Source: Octopus vulgaris (Eukaryota). From it: a DNA stretch of 64,000 nucleotides. Shown here piece by piece: positions 11,860-25,581 of this stretch; the stretch's first letter is position 1, and each line of letters opens with the position of its first letter. The DNA lies in contig OX597821.1 of assembly GCA_951406725.2 (NCBI GenBank), forward strand, positions 22,816,001-22,880,000. Direction: 5' to 3'. Made by a program: the position numbers and the translations under genes. The notes below the pieces were generated by a model. It searched no databases and was not told the DNA's origin. It was given only the letters and a program-made list of their open reading frames with translations.

Positions 11860-12260
11860 GGGGATTACATTAGAATAAAAAATTAGGGGGAAAAGAGTGG
11901 AGGAGGAAATGAGAAGGAAGTACACCCAGACAAAAGTACACATATAAAAATCTATGATGCAGGGTCCTGTTACAGGAGAACCTTCAGCTCGAGCCAATCA
12001 AAGAACCCCAAAGATCCAGGGTCACACTAACCAACAAGGGCACAAGCCCTTCGTCAATTGTTGTTCTCCAGTCTAGGTATGTAAGTCTATTCACTCAGTT
12101 TTACGATTCTTCCACACTTTGACAAACTCAGGTGGAAGTGGAGAGCACTTCCCTCTCCACTTTCACTTTCGTTTTCAAGTGCAACTTTAAAATAATCAAT
12201 GTGGATCTGATAGAAGAGGAAGGTGTCTTTCCTCAATCCTTTCACTTTTGTTCACCACAC
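11860..12260 (-). mobile_element. Possible decayed 3' end of an L1/Tx1-like LINE
   Basis: Short frame LKLHLKTKVKVEREVLS resembles Tx1-type ORF2 C-termini, followed by a 3'UTR-like tract. Recognised from memory only. Confidence 0.35.
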
Positions 12261-12272
12261 ATTCTCTTTTAT

Positions 12273-12337
<65 letters not shown>

Positions 12338-12602
12338 GCGTGTCTTTGTCCCACATCACCATTTGTCAACCAGTGTTGGTGTGTTTACATCCTTGTAACT
12401 TAGTGGCTCTGCAAAAGAGACTGATAGAATAAGTACCAAGCTTAAAAAATAAGTACTGGGGTTAAATCATTTGACCAAAAACCCTTCAAGGCAGTGCTCC
12501 AGTATGGCCGCAGTCAAATAACTGAAACAATTAAAAGATAAAAATAAAAAAAGAGAACTACAGTGGACTGAGAAAAGAAATGGAAATGGTATGGAACTTT
12601 GA

Positions 12603-13154
12603 CCCTTCAGCATTCAGATTATTCTATCAAATGTAAAAGACCCCACTTTAGATATGAACAAACATGGATTGCACCTTGAAGGTTCCCCTTATGAGACACA
12701 AGTCCGGGCAAGGTTATTTGTGGAAGACCAGCAGTCACCCATGCATACCAGCCTTCCCTCTCCACACCACTGATGTTATCCAAGAGAAAGGCAAAGGCTG
12801 ATACAGCTTGGCACCAGTGACGTCGCAACCCACTTCTACAGCTGAGTGAACTGGAGCAACGTGAAATAAAGTGTCTTGCTCAAGAACACAACATACATCC
12901 TGGTCTGGGAATCAAACTCACTACCTTATGATTATGAGCTCAACACTCTAACCACTGAGCCATGCAATGCTTATTTATTCACATTGTTTTGAATCTATCC
13001 TGCATTATCTTGTAACTTCGAGATTTCAATGAAGTGGTTACATATTTTTTAGACTAACATTGTTGGGTAGGTGTGAAAGGCCAGATTTGGCCAGTTTGAA
13101 AATAAAACAGGAAAAATATTCTGGCTGGATGTGGCCAGTTTAAATGCTAAAGGG
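12603..13154. mobile_element. piggyBac-type MITE interrupted by a tRNA-SINE (~12655-12965, minus strand)
   Basis: Ends ttga|CCCTTCAGCATTCA ... TAAATGCTAAAGGG|ttaa; the inner SINE has a tRNA-like head on the minus strand. Confidence 0.6.
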
Positions 13155-13279
13155 TTAAGGAAGCAGGTGTAACTTCAGTCATAGATGGAGTATTCAGAAT
13201 GGTAACTACTAATCTGAAATCCTGATTAAACAAGTTCCAACTCACAAGTAGCATGGAGCTGCAGCAGAGGGCTGTCCTT

Positions 13280-14388
13280 AGTCCCTGTTACTTGCTAGGG
13301 AGTCAATAGCCTTGGTGAGCTCTGCTATAGATGGTGGACAGTCAAGTTACACATGACTGGCAAGATCTTGACACTCTCGATTGCAGCCTCAGCTACTGTA
13401 GTCTCCCGTGAGTAGAGATCCTGGTAGTGCTTCACCCATCTATCCATTTGCTTGCTTTGATCCCTGATGAGATCTCCAGTAGTTGATTTCAGAGGGGCTG
13501 ACTTGGTTGCGGATGGACCGAGGGCCTTCTTCAAACCGGCATACATCCCACGGGTGTCGCCCCTGTCAGCAGCTGACTGGATACTCTGACAGATTTCCTG
13601 CCAATACCTATTTGCACAGCGTCTGGCTGTCAGTTGGGTTTTATTTCTTGCCTTTCTGAGTTCTTCGAGTGACTTTGTAGAAGAATCACTCTTGTATTGC
13701 ATCAGAGCTGCACGCTTTGCTTCGATAACTGGCTCCAGCTCTGAGAGCCCAGCAATGAACCAATCTGGGTTTTGCCTTTCTCTCATGCCGAAAGTATCTA
13801 TTGATGTGGTATACAAAGCTTCCCCGATATAATTCCACCTACTTTCAGCAGAGGAGGTTGGGCAGCTACTGAGGGCAACCTTGATAGAAGCAGCAAAACA
13901 TTTTCGCAGTGTAGGGTCCGAGGTTCTGGCAGTGTTAATGCGTGGTCGGCCCACTTTCATGGAGCGATGGACTTTTTTAGGCAGAATCCTCACCCTACTT
14001 CTAATTAGTGAGTGGTCTGTCACAATCGGCGCTGTGGTAACTGCGGGTCAGTTGAACAGAATTCAGAAAGGATCTCCGTGTAATGATGAGATCCAGCTGA
14101 TGCCAGTGGTGAGATCTTGGATGTCTCCAAGATGCCTTGTGGGATGGCTTGTTAGCAAAGAATGTGTTTGTGATGCACAGGTTATGGTATGTGCAGAATT
14201 CGAGTAGTCTCTGACCATTGTCATTCATGTTGCCAATACCAAAGTGTCCAACACAAATGGGCCACGAATCATGGTCAGATCCCACACGAGCGTTAAAATC
14301 CCCTAGAAGGTAGATGTTTTCAGTTGTTGGTATATTTTTTATGACACAGTTGAGATCTTGGTAGAACTGGTCCTTGGTCTCCTCTGAG
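13280..14388 (-). pseudogene. RTE-clade LINE fragment (AP endonuclease C-terminal half plus linker), frameshifted
   Basis: [46 protein letters not shown] motifs. Frameshift near 14020; truncated at both ends. Confidence 0.9.
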
Positions 14389-14409
14389 TATATATATATA
14401 TACTTATAT

Positions 14410-14540
<131 letters not shown>

Positions 14541-15645
14541 TATATTTGTGTATTTATATATGCATACATATATATATATCTAAAATCATAAAAGAGTAGA
14601 AAGAGACATAATATACAAACATACATGCACATGCACACATACACGCACACATGCACATACAGACACACACATACTCAGAGCTATTCATGTGTGAGAAAAT
14701 CAGTGGAGCAGATCTTTTAAACATGAATATGCTTTATTATATTTGTTCTGCCTGAACTGCACAGTCGCTCCCTTGTCATACTTGCCATTGTAAATGCAGT
14801 GAACAAGGAAATGGCAGCCTTGAAAATCTATAAACAACAGCCTATTGTTAACAAATATGTGATACATTATCGACACAAACACACACACAAGAATAGTAAA
14901 TTTCTACTTTGCAAAAATATACAATAGGCCATCAGTTTAATGTAAAATTTTTTATTATTACTGAACACGAAAATAAGCATTTATATACATATATATATAT
15001 ATATTGAGTATGGTAGATGAGTTCAGCAAAAATTTAGATTATTTAGATTCTGATGAATATGGTACTTAACCTGAGGCACTAGAATTTAGTACGGTATTAT
15101 CCATACAATTTCAAAGTAAGGTGATTAAAATCAAAATAAGGAACAAGGATATCCAGAAGTAATGCAGTACGACCGTTTCATGCAACTGCAATCATTATAT
15201 CAATTTAAAATGCAGAGCAATCCGCAACTGCAAAAAGACATTGAATTTAATTAAATTAGGACAGATGGACACAGAATAATTATACCTAAAATCTCCAAGA
15301 AATTAAGGAGATAGACAAAGAACTCGCTGCATTCACTCCAGCATAGAAGCTACTCATATATATCATCATCATCATCATCATCATCGTTTAGCGTCCGCTT
15401 TCCATGCTAGCATGGGTTGGACGGTTCAACTGGGGTCTGTGAAGCCAGAAGGCTGCATCAGGCCCAGTCTGATCTGGCAGTGTTTCTACGGCTATATATA
15501 TATATATATATATGTATGTAAACACAAACACATATACATACTCATTTACATATATATATATACATACACACACATTTATATATATATATGTAAACACACA
15601 CACATATACATACTCATTTACATATATATATATATATATACACAC

Positions 15646-15788
<143 letters not shown>

Positions 15789-15957
15789 CCAAACCAGAGA
15801 GTAGAGCTTGGTGCAGTCCTCTAGCTCACTAGACCCTGTCAAACCATCCAACTCATGCCCGCATGAAAAACACACACACACTCACACACCCACTCATACA
15901 CACACACACACAAATTCACACATACATATATATATACACACATATGTATATACATAT

Positions 15958-15992
<35 letters not shown>

Positions 15993-17581
15993 CGTACATG
16001 CACATACATACATACATGTGCTCACATGTATACACGCATGTACACACGCTCCGCTTTATTAAAATGTTTCACTCTAGATTTTTAATTGTGTGTCGTTGTT
16101 GTTTACATTTTGCAAACATGGGTGGAAACAGGAGATCGGTGCTGCATTGTTGTGGAATGTCTGTTCTCATCAGAATCAGCAGTGGCAGCAGCAGCAGCAG
16201 CGGGGGGGGGGGGAATGGTGTGGGAGGAAAAAAAGTGAATGTTCTTTGCTTCATAGAATGAAAAAGTCCCATGGAGTGGGGAGCGGGGGAGTGGAGGTGG
16301 GAGTGGTGGTGGGGGGTGGAGGTGGGGTTTCAGAGGGAGAGGGAACAGCAGAGTCACCTGGGGTCATTGGTTGCATTTAAAATGGGATGGTGTGTGGTTG
16401 GGAAAGGAGAGAGAGAGAGAGAGACGGTGAGAGAGAAGGTGGGGGCGGGGGAAATGGTAATGAGCTAAGGAGTCTGAGATATGTTTCTCATAGGTTATGA
16501 ATGGATAGTGAAGGGGGGGGCTTTGTGGAGGGGGAATGAGAAGGGTGTTTGAAGAATTCAGATGTTCAGGGTTCGCTCCCCACACCCTGCCTATCAATTC
16601 CTACTACCACCACTGACACAACTACAACCACCACTGCCACCACTAAGATTAAGAAACAAGAGGATGATGAGGTGCAGCAACCTTACTGGTGGTGACAGTG
16701 ATGGTAGTGGTGATAGTGATGATGATGATGATGGGGTATGACAGTGGTACTGGTGATGGTGGGAATGGTGTTAGTGGTGGTGGCAGTGGTAGAGATGATG
16801 GGGATTTGGTGGTGGTGGTGGTGGTAGTGGGCGATGGTGGGCATGGCAATGAATAGTTGTGATGATGGTAGTGGTGGTAGTGGTAGCAGTGGTGGGTGTG
16901 GTGTTAGTGGTGATGGTGGTAATGGTGGCAGTGGTAGTGATGGTGGTGGTGAGAGTGGTGATGGTACTTGCTGTGGTAGTAGCGGTTGTGCCTGTCTTTC
17001 TGAAAGTAATTATTAATAATGGTGGTGGTGGTTGTGGTGGTGGTGGTAGTATGGTGGTGGTTGAGAGAGAATGGAATTGACAGTAGTGGTATTGTTGGTA
17101 TTGGTGGGTGGGGATAGTGGTGTTGCTGTTCCAGATTGTCTCAGCAGTATTGTTGATGATGGTGGTGATAGTGATGATGGTGTTGGTGGCAGTGACAGAT
17201 ATAGTAGTGTTGGTTGTAGTAGATGAGGTTGTACAGATTACAGTAATCGTGACAAAATTAAGGGATGAATTAAAAGTGGAAGTACTGAAGAAGTTACACA
17301 ATTAAGTCAGCAGTTGAAAGGGTTGGTACCATCATTACACCTCAGTAGTACCTTGTATCCCCCCCACCGGTGACTATTTCCATCTCCACCACTACCACCA
17401 CAGCTAATATCACCACCACCACTCCCTATCATCACATCTCCACCATCCAACTTGACTACCCTAACCTCACTGTCACGCCCTAGTCTTCCTCAACACCCAC
17501 CACCAACAACAACCATCAATGCCAATACAATTATCATAAAACTAAGATACCACCACCACCAATTGTTTATATGTGTGTATA

Positions 17582-17819
<238 letters not shown>

Positions 17820-17830
17820 TATATACATAC

Positions 17831-18098
17831 AAAACAATTGCAGCGTGGAAGGTGTTTATAAGCCATTTAAGAAACACACAAAAGCCGTTCGATTCACTTC
17901 AACATTTAAGTTTAATTTGTCAAAATATTTTCGTCGCTAAAATCCGCGACCTGTTCACTGATTTTTGTTAGTGAACAGGTCACGGATTTTAGCGACGAAA
18001 ATATTTTGACAAATTAAACTTAAATGTTGAAGTGAATCGAACGGCTTTTGTGTGTTTCTTAAATGGCTTATAAACACCTTCCACGCTGCAATTGTTTT
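17831..18098. repeat. Near-perfect palindrome (129-bp arms, 10-nt spacer) inside (TA)n; probable Penelope-like inverted pseudo-LTR
   Basis: 17831-17959 is the reverse complement of 17970-18098 with one mismatch seen. Confidence 0.9.
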
Positions 18099-18153
18099 CG
18101 TTTCAGCACACGATCTCAGATCAAATTACTTGCTATGCGAGTACATCTCCGTA

Positions 18154-18256
<103 letters not shown>

Positions 18257-18287
18257 TATATACATATATATATACATATATATATAC

Positions 18288-18328
<41 letters not shown>

Positions 18329-18331
<3 letters not shown>

Positions 18332-18592
18332 AGGCACAATGGCCCAGTGGTTAGGATAGCGGACTCGCGGTCGTAGGATCGTGGTTTCAATTCCCAGACC
18401 GGGTGTTGTGAGTGTTTATTGAGCGAAAACACCTAAAAGCTCCACGAAGCTCTGGCAGGGGGTGGTGATCCCTGCTGTACTCTTTCACCACTCTTTCTTC
18501 TGTCTTCATTCGAAGACTAAAAAACAATGCGAACGCATTGTGACCAGCGATGTGTAACTACATCTGATGGACTGGTCGGTCACGTGACATGA
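18329..18592 (+). mobile_element. tRNA-derived SINE (family E type)
   Basis: A box TGGCCCAGTGG, B box GGTTTCAATTCCC, flanked by (TA)n. Confidence 0.75.
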
Positions 18593-18855
18593 CGATATAT
18601 ATATATATATATATATATAGGCTATATATATATATATATATATAGACCATAGGCTGAAACAGCTGTAAGTAATTTTTAAGATTTCATTAATTTATATTAT
18701 GACTTAAAATCTGTATTTGTATTATTATCTTATCTATTGATTTATATAATATTTTGTATGCTTTTGATGTTCTCTTTTGTAGAATAAATAATCTAACATT
18801 ATAATATCTGTAAGTTGATGAACAAACTAAATTTGTTTCTCCATTTTCTTATTTG

Positions 18856-18889
<34 letters not shown>

Positions 18890-20299
18890 TTTTACTTGTT
18901 TCAGTCATTGGAATGCAACCATGCTGGAGCATTGCTTTGCTAGATTAATCAAACAAATAAATCCACATTATTATTTTAAACATGGTACTTATTCTTTCAC
19001 TCTCTATTGCTAAACTGCTACATTGCAAGGAAATATGCAGACTAACACTGGTTATCACCTAATGGTAGGAGACCACACACACACACACACAATCGGCTTC
19101 TCACATTCTCCATCTACTAAATTCACTCACAAGGTATTAGTCAACCCAGGGTTTTAGTAGAAGACACTTGCCCAAAGTGCCATGAAGTGGGTCTGAACAT
19201 GAAACCAGGAGGTTGCAAAGAGAGCTTCTTAACCACATACCTATGTCTGTGCCTTTATATACTGATCACTTAGATTTGCCAAATGGATAGAATAATTTTT
19301 CCTGAAGAGATCAAATGAGACTGAAACAATGTGATATAAAGAGCAGAGAAGTTATTCCCATGAAAGTTAAACCAAAACAGGCTTTCAATATTTTTTAGAA
19401 TGTCCAGAAAAATCACTATTTACCTGTAAACATATGTTAAAATGATTCATTTCTGACCAGATATCGATACTGGGAGGGAAAATGTCTTCCAGAGCTACAC
19501 AGCATTATCTTTTAACATGAAACTTTTTGTCTAAGTAAATCATGTCCATTTTATGTCATGCCTGTCACAACAGGTAAATGAAAATTGTGACCAGAGACAT
19601 TGCTGTCAAGCAAACACGTTAGCATTTTTTGGAAACTTCAAGATTAGTGTAAAATAAACACCATGAGATTTTTTTATGCTCCTCAGGAGAAATTCAGAGG
19701 AATTGGTAATTAATATTTTCAGGTGAAAAAGCCAATCTCAAAATGCTGAGCCTTACGAAGGAGATGATAGAGGAATGAGATATGTGGCACATTGCTATGC
19801 TCAAGAAGACCTACCCATCACAACAGAAAGCACCCAGTGTAATGTGGTTGGCATTAGGAAGGGCATCCAGCCATAGAAACCAAGCTAAAACAAGTGTGTG
19901 TGTGTGTGTGTGTGTCTTTGCATTTGTGTTTGTCTCCTACCATCAGACTATAACTGCCATGTAACAGTGAGAGGTCCTTTGTTGCCAGCAGAGGTAGGAG
20001 CTATCTGAACTTTGCACAGGCTATTCTTATTCTAGTAGCTTCACTCTCAGAGCATCCACCCCCCACCACCCGCTACTGACTTGGTCACCTAGGTTATGGA
20101 AGCTATCGACTACTTCAAGTTTTTTCCCTCGGGCATGTGATGGAATCTGTTTCCTGTACATCTTCAATGTTTATTGCCCCTGCGCATCTACCACACACAA
20201 AAAATATCTCCCCTGTTAACTTTCCTCTGATATTGCTGCACCTCTTATGTGTCTATTGTTTACACCAGGTACAGCTTATGGAGTTTCTACCTACGCCTT

Positions 20300-20885
20300 T
20301 TCTGTAGATCGAGGAGGGCCATCTACCTGAAGGGATTTGTGATTTGTTTACCTTCTTACTCACTGAGACTTTGGATTTTGCTAGATTGATTCTAAGGCCC
20401 TTTGATTCTAGACCTTGCTTCCACACCTAAAACTTCTTCTCTAGTTCTGGTAGCAACTCAATTATTAGAGCAAGGTCAAGGGACAGCCTGTCTTGAATCC
20501 CTCTGTTACTGCCTGGAGGACTATGATGAATAAGAGAAGGGTGAGGACTGATCCTTGGTGAACCTCTCACCAACCCCTCATCTATCCCTAGTTTCCACAT
20601 TGACCACCAGATAAGGGATCAAGGATCCTGTCAAAGGCTTTCTCCAAGTCAATGAAAGCCAAGTATAGAGGTTTATTCTGGCTAGGAATTTCTCCTGCAG
20701 CTGTCTTACCAGAAATATAGTATCAGTGGTGCTTCTCCATGGCACAAACCCAAACTGCATCTCGTCTAACCCACTCCATGACTTTCATTACCTGATCCAA
20801 ACAGTTTGATACCTCTGTAATTATTCCTATCTAATGCATCACCTTTACCTTTGTAGCAGTTGACTATGGTGCTGCTACACCAGTC
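20300..20885 (-). pseudogene. RTE-like reverse transcriptase fragment, decayed
   Basis: YKGKGDALDRNNYRGIKL and MQFGFVPWRSTTDTIFLVRQLQEK motifs with frameshifts. Confidence 0.85.
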
Positions 20886-21360
20886 ATATATATATATATA
20901 TATATGCACACACCCACACACATAGATTATGGCTGGCTGAAGAGGTCTAAGTAAGACAGAAACATTCTCATTGCTTTCAGTTGTTTTTAACAACCACATC
21001 CACTCCAATCTTCACAGTCTATATTGTTCAAAGATTTCATTGAAGTAATCTTTCATGTCCACTGCTTTTACATTTTAATCACTCCTAGAGGGAGATTTTG
21101 TCTGCTAATTACTAAGATAATCTCCATTGATCAAATTTTTTGAACTCATTATGTTAGATATGTGAAACTCTGCCTTAAGTGCCTTAATTGGCATTTTTAA
21201 AAGAAAAAAAGGGGAGGGAGAGAATATAAGATATTTCTTTCCATAAATGCGAAAAGAATGCAGAGGAGTTAGGTTTGAATGAAGGGGAGGAGAAGGAATC
21301 TTCTGGATCATCATAACTAACATCATCATTTAATATCAGTTTTCCATGCTGGCATGGGTT

Positions 21361-21430
<70 letters not shown>

Positions 21431-21508
21431 GAAATGACAAGGATGAAACACAGAGAAAAAAGAAAGAGATAGAAAGGAAATGAGAATGAATTATATATAT
21501 ATAAATAT

Positions 21509-21541
<33 letters not shown>

Positions 21542-21819
21542 TAGATATACAGACAGACACCCAGACAAGCAGACAGACAGCTAGATAGATAGATACACAC
21601 ACAGACAGAAAGAGAGAGAGTGACAGAGAAAGAGAGGTAGGAGAGAAGATAATTTCTCTAAAAATGGAAGCTGGGAATTGGTCTTGTTTTCTTTTTTTTT
21701 TTCTGTTTTATATTATATTTTAGATGCACCACCAAGTGCAATATTGCAACTGTCTGTACAAGGGTTTTTCCCAGCCCTTGCAGTTTGGAGTATTGTTGTT
21801 GTTGCAGTCATTATTGATT

Positions 21820-22030
21820 GGCGGCAAGCTGGCAGAATAGTTACCATGCCAGACAAAATGCTTACCGACATTTTGCCCATCTTTACATTCTGAGTTCAAA
21901 TCCTGTTAAAGTGAATTTTACTTTTTATCTTTCCAGGGTCGATAAAGTAAGTACCAGTTGGACACTGGGGTCAATGTATTTGACTTACCCTTACCTCTGA
22001 AATTGCTGGCCTTGTGCCAAAATTCGAAAC

Positions 22031-22091
<61 letters not shown>

Positions 22092-22308
22092 TAATGTGGC
22101 AAGCTGGCAGAATCAGCAGCAAGCCATGTAAAATGCTCAGCAGTATTTTATTCATCTTCATGTTTTGAGTTCAAATTCAGCTGAATTTGCCTTTCATCCT
22201 TTCAGAGTCAATGAATTAAGTACCAGTGAAATACTGGGGTCAATGTAACTGACTAGTCCCCTCCCCCAAAACCACCAAAAGTTCAGGCCTAGTGCCTTTA
22301 GTAGAAAG

Positions 22309-22310
<2 letters not shown>
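21820..22310 (+). mobile_element. Two tandem diverged SINE family B copies with (ATT)n tails
   Basis: GGCAAGCTGGCAGAAT heads at 21820 and 22097; tails ...GGCCTTGTGCC...ATTATTATT. Confidence 0.75.
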
Positions 22311-22338
<28 letters not shown>

Positions 22339-22341
<3 letters not shown>

Positions 22342-22675
22342 TAGTTTTATTTTCATAACGTGCTTTCACTTCACTACCGAGCGCAGCTCTGTGTGCCTTG
22401 GGTATGTGCTGTGCTTTGCTGTGATGCTCTTATGGTTACTGTATTGAAAATGTTCTGCATAGGATGTGTGCAGTGCCCAGTAGTGCAATTTTCTGTATGT
22501 TGTATATATTTGTAAGTCCTGATGTTTTTCTTATGTATTTGTCTAAATATTTTTTTTATCATACCTAATGCGCTCACTGTGATAAGGAATTGTTTCTGTT
22601 TTTAGATTCCACATTCAAGTTACCTCTATTTCCAGGTCTTTTTATTTTGAAAGTTTCTCCATTTCTTTTAGAGAA
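22339..22675 (-). mobile_element. 3' end of an R4/Dong-like RLE LINE in (TAA)n
   Basis: Reverse-complement similarity to 36870-37185 (ALGMIKK motif and 3'UTR). Confidence 0.8.
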
Positions 22676-23062
22676 ATGTTGTCATCTGCTGGCAGAATCA
22701 TTAGCACGGGTGAAATGCTTAACGGTATTTCGTCTGAGTTCAAATTCCGCTGAGGTGTCATTAAAGTTAGCATCATTATCGTTATGGTAGCATTAATTGT
22801 ATTGACAACGATAATGATGCTAACTTTAATAACACTTTGGAAATTAGTAGGAAGTAATATAATGTACTATTGACTATGTATATTTGCATCTAGGTACTAA
22901 TATATGTATGTTTATTATCACAATATCAAGTTGAAAAACTGAAACATTGAATGTGGAACATATATATGTTTACTAATTTATATTATTTATTTGCATTATT
23001 ATGTATATGTATATTTTTATATGTATAGGAGTGTGAGTATATGCACTCAAATGTATATGTAT

Positions 23063-23189
23063 ATCTCCGAAGAGGCCTTATGATACTTTTGTAAATGTCT
23101 CATTTAGATCCATATATTGACCTACCATAAAAGGCTAATATTGGTAAAATGAGACATACTTATCTACATGGCCGAAACAGCTGTAAGAT
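23063..23189 (+). ncRNA. Hammerhead-like motif with long stem II insertion
   Basis: ATCT-CCGAAGA-GGCC...GGCC-GAAAC AGCT GTA-AGAT. Stems I and II pair; the core has C in place of U. Confidence 0.6.
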
Positions 23190-23422
23190 GTAATCTATAC
23201 TTATATTTATATTTACTTATATCTATATTCTCTTTTTTTGTATATATTCTACTTATTATACAACATTACTCTTTTATGTACATTCCTTTATGTACACTGA
23301 TTTGTTCTGCATTTTTATGTTTAACCGTACAGTCTCTTATGTGGTGGTTTAATAAAGTATGTGATTGAGTATTATCTGATAATTGATATTTGATTTAGAT
23401 GTATTTCTCCATTTTCTTATCT

Positions 23423-23482
<60 letters not shown>

Positions 23483-23902
23483 CACACACACACAAAATCA
23501 TCATCAGCATCATTGTCTTGTATGTGTCAGATTGGTTCGAATAAAAGATAGCAAGATGAGATTTGAGTGAGATTTGGCTGTTACTTCTAGTAGGGTTTAG
23601 TAACTATGTAAATGCTTATTTGTTTACTATTGTTGCCATTGATAGTTTTTGATGTTATTTCTGGTCTTGTTGTTGTTGTTGCTGCTGCCGCTGCTGCTGC
23701 TGTTGTTCAGCCCCAGAATCAGCATGATGAAGCCTGAGCTAATAAAGGAAGATGTGTTGACCTGCTAAAAATAGCAACTCAATTCCCTTCCCACCACGTC
23801 CGCCCGCCCTGCCCGCCCGCCCCGCCCGCCCCGCCCGCCCAAATATCACACACCACCACACCCTACTGTTGTTGTTGTTGTCGTCGTCGCCGTTGTTCTT
23901 AC

Positions 23903-23944
23903 CTGGCGCTATGTTTGTGTAGAATTCGGTAAGTCTTGATGCAA
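23903..23944 (-). CDS. Possible small exon (ASRLTEFYTNIAP)
   Basis: Perfect donor CCAG|gtaaga at 23903. The acceptor is ambiguous (23934 or 23944). A unique-sequence island among low-complexity tracts. Confidence 0.3.
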
Positions 23945-25183
23945 CTTTCACACGGATATCAATGTAACATTGTTGTTTATGTAAGTAGGGGGAGGAAAGG
24001 CGTGGGGGGGGGGGGGCTGCAGAGGCGGGGGGTGGGGGTGGGGGTGGCAGCAACAGGGAGGAATGTTTAATGGTGTAGCAAGCTTTAGTGATGGTGCAAC
24101 GATAGGTAACAGAGGTGGTGATGGCAGCGGTGGGGGTGGGTGCGGGTTCGGGTGGTGGTGGTGGTGGCGGCGGCGATGGTAGAAGCGATGCTTGTACCGG
24201 TACTGGTAATACGAGCTAACAGGGTGGGGGGAATTAACAGGGATGGTGATGTCAGAGTTTAACACAGGAAGGTGGTGGGGTGGTGGTGATGGTGGGGGTG
24301 GCGGCAATGATGGGAATGGGGGAGATGAAGGGTGAGGGTGAGAGAGTTGGTGGGGGTGGGGGTGGGGGTGATGGTTATGTAGTATGTAAGGGAGATGGTG
24401 TTGGTTTTCGTGGCAGTGGTGGTCGCAACAGCATTGATGATGGTAGTGATGGTGGTGGTCGTGGTGGTGGTGGTGGTGACGATGGTGGTGGTAAAGGTGG
24501 CAATGCTGGAGGGGTGGTGGTGGGGTGATGATAGTGATAGTGATGAAAATGGTGGTGGTGGTGCGATGGCAATGGTGACCATGGTAGTGGGGGAGGGGGC
24601 TATGGTGTAGCAGCAGATAAGAGGGGTGGTGAGGGAGGTGGTGGTTTTGTTATTTTTCAGCTTCTTTAGAACCCACATTGGTGGCATTGTCTAATTTCTA
24701 TTTCTTTCTTTCTTTCTTCCTTCCTTCCTTCCTTCCTTCATTTCTCTTTTTTTTGTTTGTTTTTTTTGTTAGTTGTTTTAGTATTTTTGGTAAAGAAGGC
24801 AGTTTCGATGAAGACAAGGAAATATAACAGAAAGTACAAATGAATTATTACACTTATGTAATGTCACACACACACCACATACACACACATACACACACAT
24901 ACATACACATCTATGAAGGTGAGATAGATATGAAATAAGAATAGATAGAGATATAAAAATAACTCGTTAATTAAGTTAGTGAGGTAGAGTCAGACAAGTA
25001 ATAATGTGTCAGGTATTGTAGGTATGCTGGTTGGTTGGTTGGTTGGTAGGTGATTGGGTGGGTGTGGTGATGTAATGATATTAAATGGGTGTGTATGTAG
25101 GTAGGGATGAGTGGGGAGGTAGGGAAGTAGGTAGGTAGGCTGGTAATCTAGATTGATAGATTGACAGATGAAAGGTAGAAAGG

Positions 25184-25215
<32 letters not shown>

Positions 25216-25253
25216 TAGATAGATAGATAGATAGATACATAGATAGGCAAAAA

Positions 25254-25310
<57 letters not shown>

Positions 25311-25536
25311 CAGACAGACATACAGATAGATAGATAGACAGATAGAGAGATAGATATAGGAATGGACAGACATAGAGACAGGCAAACAGACAGACAGATA
25401 CAAAGAGAGAGAGAGAGATTGGTAAATAGATATATAGGTAGACAGAGGTAGATAGATACATAAATAGACAAATAGCCAGAGAAAGTATAAATAGACTGGT
25501 AGATAGATATAAAAATAGATAGATATAGATAAATAG

Positions 25537-25581
<45 letters not shown>

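Noticed and set aside
14700-14827. Possible exon DFQGCHFLVHCIYNGKYDKG... after a ttgtttatag acceptor, phase-compatible with the 23903 donor
   Set aside because: It ends in a stop or needs a GC donor, has no recognisable homology, and does not connect in frame to the better exons
16649-17305. Thr/Pro/His-rich mucin-like ORFs (also 23948-24687 and 56060-57107)
   Set aside because: Degenerate trinucleotide repeats open in several frames, with no convincing splice boundaries
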